A stretch of DNA of 64,000 nucleotides, taken from the NCBI GenBank assembly GCA_963717145.1, contig OY970325.1:5280001-5344000 (forward strand). Direction: 5' to 3'. Position numbers and translations under genes: made by a program. The first letter of the stretch is position 1. Each line of letters begins with the position of its first letter. Below, piece after piece: positions 58,537-64,000 of the stretch. The DNA comes from an uncultured Armatimonadetes bacterium (GTDB lineage Bacteria > Armatimonadota > UBA5829 > DTJY01). Under the pieces are notes generated by a model. The model saw only the letters and a list, made by a program, of their open reading frames with translations. It had not been told where the DNA came from and ran no database searches.

Positions 58537-58547
58537 ACGTTTGACGC

Positions 58548-58622
58548 TGCCGGATAGCTCAATGGTAGAGCACCTGCCTCTGGAGCAGGGTGTTCAAGGT
58601 TCGAGTCCTTGTCCGGCAGCCA
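58548..58622 (+). tRNA. tRNA-Gln (anticodon CTG)
   Basis: Acceptor stem TGCCGGA/TCCGGCA, anticodon arm CCTGC-CTCTGGA-GCAGG, GGTTCGAGT T loop, encoded CCA. Confidence 0.95.
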
Positions 58623-58778
58623 GTTCTTCGTCCGATACTCCAATCGAAACCCCCTGATCCCAATCCAAGACCACAAGCTTCTCCAACGCTCGACTGGGAA
58701 CCTGGTAATAATAACAGGTGCACTTGGCAGGCAACCGTGATATAATGCCTACGCAATACCCGTGTCAATTCCCGCTGG

Positions 58779-58856
58779 CGTGGTAGCTGTGAACCGCCGT
58801 TCCGGCAATACCCTGGTCACCCGAACGGCGTGGAGCTAATGGTGAAACCGACCGCG
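58779..58856 (+). ncRNA. Cyclic di-GMP-II class riboswitch aptamer
   Basis: GG.AGC-UGUGAA kink-turn, CGCCGUUC/GAACGGCG stem, loop UGGUCAC pairing with GUGAAACC, UGGAGCUA, terminal AACCGACC; extended -10 TGATATAAT at 58738-58746. Confidence 0.8.
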
Positions 58857-58886
58857 ACTCATAGTGTAGTAGTGCGTCGGTTTTTT
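58845..58886 (+). terminator. Intrinsic terminator overlapping the riboswitch 3' strand
   Basis: AAACCGAC (58845-52) pairs with GTCGGTTT (58876-83); U6 tract 58881-86. Confidence 0.65.
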
Positions 58887-58939
58887 GCGTATCGGCACGT
58901 GTTCGATGGCGCAGATATCGGAAGGGATGGTTGAGGTCG

Positions 58940-61900
58940 ATGCAAAGATGGAGATTCGCCAGGGCTGCGTTGGTCTTCGCCGCAATCGTCGTCCTCGGAC
59001 TTGGCAGTGCGCATGCCGGCATCAGTCTTGAGTTCGTGGGTCAATGGGGAGGGCCATGCAATGCGGCGGCAGTTGTGGGCGATCGCGTCTACGTCGGAAT
59101 TGGCACGAGTCTCGTCGTGCTCGATGTTTCCAACAAGACGACGCCTGTCGAGTTGGGGAAGCTGCTCCTGGCGAGCGGCATTACCGCAATTGCAGTATCG
59201 GGCGACCTCGCCTACGTCACTACGAGCGCGAGTGAACTACGAGTGATCGATGTATCGGATCCTCAGCATCCAACTCAGGTCGGACAGTGCAGCACTATTG
59301 GCCGACCCTCCAGCCTCACCGTTTCGGGCGGTTACGCCTACGTTGCGACGGGGGCCACGGGTTTGATCGTCTTTGATCTCTCTGTCCCGGCGAACCCGAT
59401 CCAGATCGGGAGCTACGACACGAGTGGAGGCGCCAGCGAAGTCGCCATTTCCGACCACTATGCCTACGTTGCAGACGGTACCTCGGGCCTGCTGGTGATC
59501 GACATCGCCGACCCTGCTAACCCCTTAGGCGTCGGGGGCTACGACACGTCCGGATATGCTCAAGGCGTAGCGGTTTCCGGCCATTATGCGTATGTGGCCG
59601 ACGGTGACGCGGGCTTGCGCGTGATAGATGTCGCCAACCCGGCCTTGCCGGTCCAAGTCGGGACACGGAATACCAGCGGGTCCGCGCAACGGGTGGCCGT
59701 ATCCGGCAGTCATGCATACGTCGCTGACTGGACCGCAGGCTTGCAGGTCATAGACATCTCGAATCCGGCTGGACCCACGAGAGTAGGCGGCTACGATACC
59801 GCAGGCTATGCTAACGCAGCAGTCGTGTCGGGGAGTTATGTGTTCGTGGTGGACGAGGGGCCCGGTCTCCACATAATGGACGTGAGCACTCCGTCGAGCC
59901 CGACCCGAGTCGGCGGCTACGACCAGGGCGGGTATGCCTATGGATTGGCCGTTTCCGGCGGGTACGCCTATGTTGGCACACGCGGGTTGCAGGTCATCGA
60001 TGTTTCCGATCCGTCCGATCCCGTTCGATCCGGCCATTGCGAAATAGATCGGACTCTCGACGACATCGCCATATCCGGGAGATACGTCTGCGCGGCGTCT
60101 GCCGGCCTGCGGGTGTTCGACGTATTGAATCCGGCTGCCCCTTCATATGAGGGAGACTGGATCACGAATGCGACGTCCACCGTGGCCGTGTCAGGCAGCT
60201 ACGCATACTGCGACAACGGTAACGGGGTGGCGCAAACAATGAGCATCTCGGATCCCGCAGATCCCGTACTCGTTGCATCGGTTAGTATGGGCACTGCGCC
60301 ACTGAGTAGGATCATCTTGAGAGGAGCATATTTGTATGTTGCCAACGGCACGGCCGGGCTCAAGATACTGAACGTCGCTGATCCGAACTACCCGGCTGTG
60401 ACAGGCAGTTACGATACCGCCGGAACGGCAAGTGACGTGGCTGTGGCAGGCGACTACGCATACATTGCGGACTATGACCAGGGCCTTGTCGTGATAAACG
60501 TCAACAATCCCGCGGCTCCAGTCTACACGGGTGGATTGGCTGGGCTTGGCACGGTCTCAAAGATAGTCGCCTGCGGAAACTACGCATTCCTGCCCTCTTA
60601 TACCGGGGGCTTGCAGATAGTAGATGTCTCTAATCCGGCGAGCCCAAGCGTGGTCGGCAGCTACGCGCCATCTAGTGTCGTGAAGATGGCGGTAGATAAC
60701 AACTACCTGTATTCCGCCCGCAGCAGCGAGGGCCTGGTCATATACCGGATCGACCACACTGCGTGGAGCGGCTTTGCGGGGCGCGTGACCGATAACCTCG
60801 GCAATCCGATCTCCGGTGCGACGGTTTCGACCGACTCGGGCGGGTACTCCACCATCAGCGGTCTCGATGGCTACTACGGCATGCCGAGCATTCTCCCCGG
60901 CAGGTATCACCTCACGGCCTTCAAGTCGAACCTGGTTCCCACAACGAGCAATGTAGCTGTCGCCGATGGCCAGATTGAGACTTGCGACTTCGTGCTGCAG
61001 GCCGGCGGGACGATCTCGGGTTACGTGAGGGACAATCTGGGAGATCCTGTCGGCGGCGTCAGCGTAGCGCAGTATCCGTATGAAAGCTTGACAGATAGCA
61101 CCGGATGGTATGCTCTCGCCAATGTCCCGGAAGGGACATACAACCTGACCGCCGGCAAGAACGGCTGGACCTCGGTGACGAACGATGGCGTGCCGGTTGC
61201 GAATGATCAGACTACCACGTCGAACTTCACCCTGCAACGCGGGAGCATCATGGGTACCGTGACCAACAGCACCGGAGGGCCCATCAGTGGCGTGGCTGTC
61301 TCAACGTCGACAGGCGGCCATACTGCGATCACGGGAGGCAGTGGGACCTATGTCATCGGCGACGTTCTGCCCGGATCGCACAGCCTCACCGCATCGAAAG
61401 AGGGATGGCTTCCACAGACGAAGTCGATCTCAGTGACCGGAAGTCAGACGACTACTTCCGATTTCGTATTGACTGCTGCGGGGTCGATCTCCGGTAGCAT
61501 GACGGACAGTGCAGGACTGCCGATCAGCGGCGCGTTGTTGACTACAACCTACTCCCACATTACCTATACGGCGACCAGCGATTCAGCTGGACACTACAGA
61601 ATGTCGAGCATGGTTGCGGGCGCCAATATCAGCCTGATTGTTTCAAAGGCCGGATACGCGATGGTGATGAAGAAAGTCAATGTGAGCTCGGGACTGGAGA
61701 CGTTCTGCAACTTCCGCCTGGCTGACGCCATGTCGCTCGATCTCGTCTCCAGCACCAACATCAGCAATAGCCTCACGCGCATCGCAGTCTCAGATGGGAC
61801 GGCAGCCGTCCAGTCCGGATCGGGTCTGCAGTTCCTAGATGTGTCGAATCCTGCTAGTCCGGTGGCGCTGTCCACATTCGGACTGGCCCATGACGTGGAG

Positions 61901-63172
61901 ATCTCCGGTGACTACGCCTATGTTGCCAATGGCAGCGCGGGACTCCAGATTCTGAACATATCGAACCCGTCCGCGCCAGGTCTTGTCGGCTCATACAATA
62001 CCCCAGGTACCGCTCGCGCCGTCCATGTGGTCGGGAACTATGCCTACGTGGCAGATGGCCTGTCGGGGCTGCAGATCATCAATGTCTCGAACAAGGCTGC
62101 TCCGGTGTGGGTCGGTGGGTGCAATACAAGTGGGGATGCCTGGGGGTTGGATGTTGCCAATGGTTACGTCTATGTCGCAGACGGAAGCGGCGGCCTGCAG
62201 ATCATAGACGCCTGGAACCCTGCAAATCCGTGGGTGGCCGGCCATTATTCCGTGTCGGACTGCAATTTCAGCGACGTGGCCATATCCGGCAACTGCGCGT
62301 ATGTGACAGACGGCTCACTTCATCTCTTACAGGTTGTCAATATTGCCGTTGCTGCCAATCCTACACTTGTCGGCACGGGATACTTCGCGGGCAGTATCGG
62401 ACCCGTGAAGGTGAGCATATCGGGGAACTACGCCTATGTGGGAGCCGGAAGCGGCGGGCTGATGGTGTATGATATCGCCACTCCAACTGACCCAGGCCTG
62501 GTAGCACAATACGGCGAATATCGCGCCAATGACATCGCAGTCGCCAACGGCTACGTCTATGTCGCAGACTCCACCGGCAAGCTGATCATACTTGCTCCGA
62601 GCTACCTGAAAGTGAGCGGGATCGCGCCGCAATTGGCGGCGAACTCCGAGAACGCGCTCCTGGTCAACCTGACCGGCCTTGGGTTCGAGACCGGAGACAC
62701 GATCAGGCTGACTCGGGCCGGCCAGGCTGATATCCACGCAACTGAAGTGTCGGTAGTGGATGCCGCCAACGTCACGTGCAGGCTCAATCTCACCGGCGCG
62801 TCTCCCGGATTCTGGGATGTCGTCGTCACCGAGACCGGCGGCCCGTCGAGTTGCCTGTCGGGCGGCTTCGCTGTAGCCCTTGCTGACAGCACTCCATGCG
62901 TGGCCGTGGTCAACAGGAATGTCAGTGATGCGATCATGTCGACGGCATGCACCCAATGGCGGTTCAGGCTGATTGGAAAGGTGACACAGAAGACCTCGGA
63001 CAGCTTCTGGATCAGCGACGGGTCCAGCGCCTCGGTCAAGGTCTACGCGCCGGATTACAGTCACACGCGGATCGCTACAGGCGACTGCGTGGCGGCCACG
63101 GGAACACTCGACCTATCAACAGGTGCGGCGGTCTTGATGAGCACGGACGCCCAGATCGACGAATTGCAGTAG
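58940..63172 (+). CDS. Large secreted surface protein: LVIVD beta-propeller repeats, carboxypeptidase-regulatory-like domains, Ig-like and C-terminal OB-like domain
   Basis: Signal peptide; many V.VSG.YAYVADG..GL.VIDISNP repeats in two blocks; four G.V.D..G.PI.GA.V..T...G.Y modules. Confidence 0.85.
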   Translation: MQRWRFARAALVFAAIVVLGLGSAHAGISLEFVGQWGGPCNAAAVVGDRVYVGIGTSLVVLDVSNKTTPVELGKLLLASGITAIAVSGDLAYVTTSASELRVIDVSDPQHPTQVGQCSTIGRPSSLTVSGGYAYVATGATGLIVFDLSVPANPIQIGSYDTSGGASEVAISDHYAYVADGTSGLLVIDIADPANPLGVGGYDTSGYAQGVAVSGHYAYVADGDAGLRVIDVANPALPVQVGTRNTSGSAQRVAVSGSHAYVADWTAGLQVIDISNPAGPTRVGGYDTAGYANAAVVSGSYVFVVDEGPGLHIMDVSTPSSPTRVGGYDQGGYAYGLAVSGGYAYVGTRGLQVIDVSDPSDPVRSGHCEIDRTLDDIAISGRYVCAASAGLRVFDVLNPAAPSYEGDWITNATSTVAVSGSYAYCDNGNGVAQTMSISDPADPVLVASVSMGTAPLSRIILRGAYLYVANGTAGLKILNVADPNYPAVTGSYDTAGTASDVAVAGDYAYIADYDQGLVVINVNNPAAPVYTGGLAGLGTVSKIVACGNYAFLPSYTGGLQIVDVSNPASPSVVGSYAPSSVVKMAVDNNYLYSARSSEGLVIYRIDHTAWSGFAGRVTDNLGNPISGATVSTDSGGYSTISGLDGYYGMPSILPGRYHLTAFKSNLVPTTSNVAVADGQIETCDFVLQAGGTISGYVRDNLGDPVGGVSVAQYPYESLTDSTGWYALANVPEGTYNLTAGKNGWTSVTNDGVPVANDQTTTSNFTLQRGSIMGTVTNSTGGPISGVAVSTSTGGHTAITGGSGTYVIGDVLPGSHSLTASKEGWLPQTKSISVTGSQTTTSDFVLTAAGSISGSMTDSAGLPISGALLTTTYSHITYTATSDSAGHYRMSSMVAGANISLIVSKAGYAMVMKKVNVSSGLETFCNFRLADAMSLDLVSSTNISNSLTRIAVSDGTAAVQSGSGLQFLDVSNPASPVALSTFGLAHDVEISGDYAYVANGSAGLQILNISNPSAPGLVGSYNTPGTARAVHVVGNYAYVADGLSGLQIINVSNKAAPVWVGGCNTSGDAWGLDVANGYVYVADGSGGLQIIDAWNPANPWVAGHYSVSDCNFSDVAISGNCAYVTDGSLHLLQVVNIAVAANPTLVGTGYFAGSIGPVKVSISGNYAYVGAGSGGLMVYDIATPTDPGLVAQYGEYRANDIAVANGYVYVADSTGKLIILAPSYLKVSGIAPQLAANSENALLVNLTGLGFETGDTIRLTRAGQADIHATEVSVVDAANVTCRLNLTGASPGFWDVVVTETGGPSSCLSGGFAVALADSTPCVAVVNRNVSDAIMSTACTQWRFRLIGKVTQKTSDSFWISDGSSASVKVYAPDYSHTRIATGDCVAATGTLDLSTGAAVLMSTDAQIDELQ

Positions 63173-63178
63173 TTATCG

Positions 63179-64000
63179 ATGGATGACAAGATCATACTCC
63201 TGGCTCACGGCGCCGGTGGCCGGAAGAGCGCGGACCTGGTTCAGACAGTATTCCTGAAGTACTTCGGGAATCCGGCTCTGAACAGCCTCGGAGACTCCGC
63301 GGTGCTCGATGCCGGCGGGGGACAGCTCGCCTTCACGACCGATTCGTTTGTCGTCGAGCCGCTCTTCTTCCCAGGCGGTGACATCGGCAAGATCGCCGTG
63401 TGCGGATCCGTAAACGACCTCGCATCAGCCGGCGCACGTCCGATCGCCCTCAGTGCGGCTTTCATCCTCGAGGAAGGGCTCGAGATCGATTTGCTCGAAC
63501 GCGTGTGTTCGACGATGCGCGATATGGCCACCGAAGTCGGCGTGCCGATCGTCGCCGGTGACACGAAGGTCGTGCCCAGGGGATTCGCCGATCGGATGTT
63601 CATCACTACCTCCGGGATCGGAGTGCTTCCCGCGGGGAAAGAGTCTCCCGCGCCCGACAGAGCCTGTCCGGACGATGTGGTGCTTCTCAGCGGGACGGTC
63701 GCCGATCACGGCATGGCGGTAATGACGTGCCGAGAGGGGATACGCTTCGAATCCGAGATCAGGAGCGACTGCGCGCCGCTCTACTCCATGGTGGCTTCCG
63801 TCCTGGAGGCTGCTCCGAACACGCACTGCCTGCGCGACCCGACGCGTGGCGGACTGGCCGCCGTGCTGAACGAGTTGGCATCGCAGTCGGGCGCCACTAT
63901 AGAGATCGAGGAATCGAGCGTTCCGGTGAATGAGAACGTGCGGGTTGCATGTGAACTCCTCGGAATCGACCCGCTTCACGTCGCGAACGAGGGCAAGATG
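63179..64000 (+). CDS. hypE: Hydrogenase maturation protein HypE (3' end outside window)
   Basis: Manual translation MDDKIILLAHGAGG..AFTTDSFVV.PLFFPGGDIG..A.CGSVNDL..GDTKVV..SDCAPL..RDPTRGG..ANEGK. Confidence 0.95.
   Translation, partial: MDDKIILLAHGAGGRKSADLVQTVFLKYFGNPALNSLGDSAVLDAGGGQLAFTTDSFVVEPLFFPGGDIGKIAVCGSVNDLASAGARPIALSAAFILEEGLEIDLLERVCSTMRDMATEVGVPIVAGDTKVVPRGFADRMFITTSGIGVLPAGKESPAPDRACPDDVVLLSGTVADHGMAVMTCREGIRFESEIRSDCAPLYSMVASVLEAAPNTHCLRDPTRGGLAAVLNELASQSGATIEIEESSVPVNENVRVACELLGIDPLHVANEGKM

Noticed and set aside
58548-58622. tRNA-Gln as an integration site
   Set aside because: No duplicate of its 3' end found by eye and no integrase in the window

Overview
High-GC bacterial chromosomal window, probably from Armatimonadota (inferred from lineage-typical C-terminal domains on secreted proteins; not proven). 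Left to right it holds: a secreted tail-fibre-like operon with a candidate sigma28-driven anti-Shine-Dalgarno small RNA just upstream; an uncharacterised gene beside a 22-bp tandem array; a small defence island (RloC-like ABC ATPase plus Mrr-type nuclease); several secreted glycoside hydrolases; an Eco29kI-like/HTH-methyltransferase restriction-modification pair; His6-type hisA; hicBA; a TolC/MacAB-like exporter; two GNATs; two TMTC-like membrane-TPR paralogues; PP2C/STAS/anti-sigma kinase partner-switching genes; manB, serS, lemA, motAB, cdsA, glnS and tRNA-Gln(CTG); a c-di-GMP-II-like riboswitch with an overlapping terminator ahead of a 1410-aa LVIVD-repeat surface protein; and a partial hypE. 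At least six families of short palindromic or tandem repeats are dispersed through the window. Several sit in frame inside proteins or supply stop codons and an RBS. About 11 single-base frameshifts (five in glnS) look mostly like assembly indels. No CRISPR array, integrase, transposase or reverse transcriptase was seen. All calls are by-eye motif recognition, not database searches.
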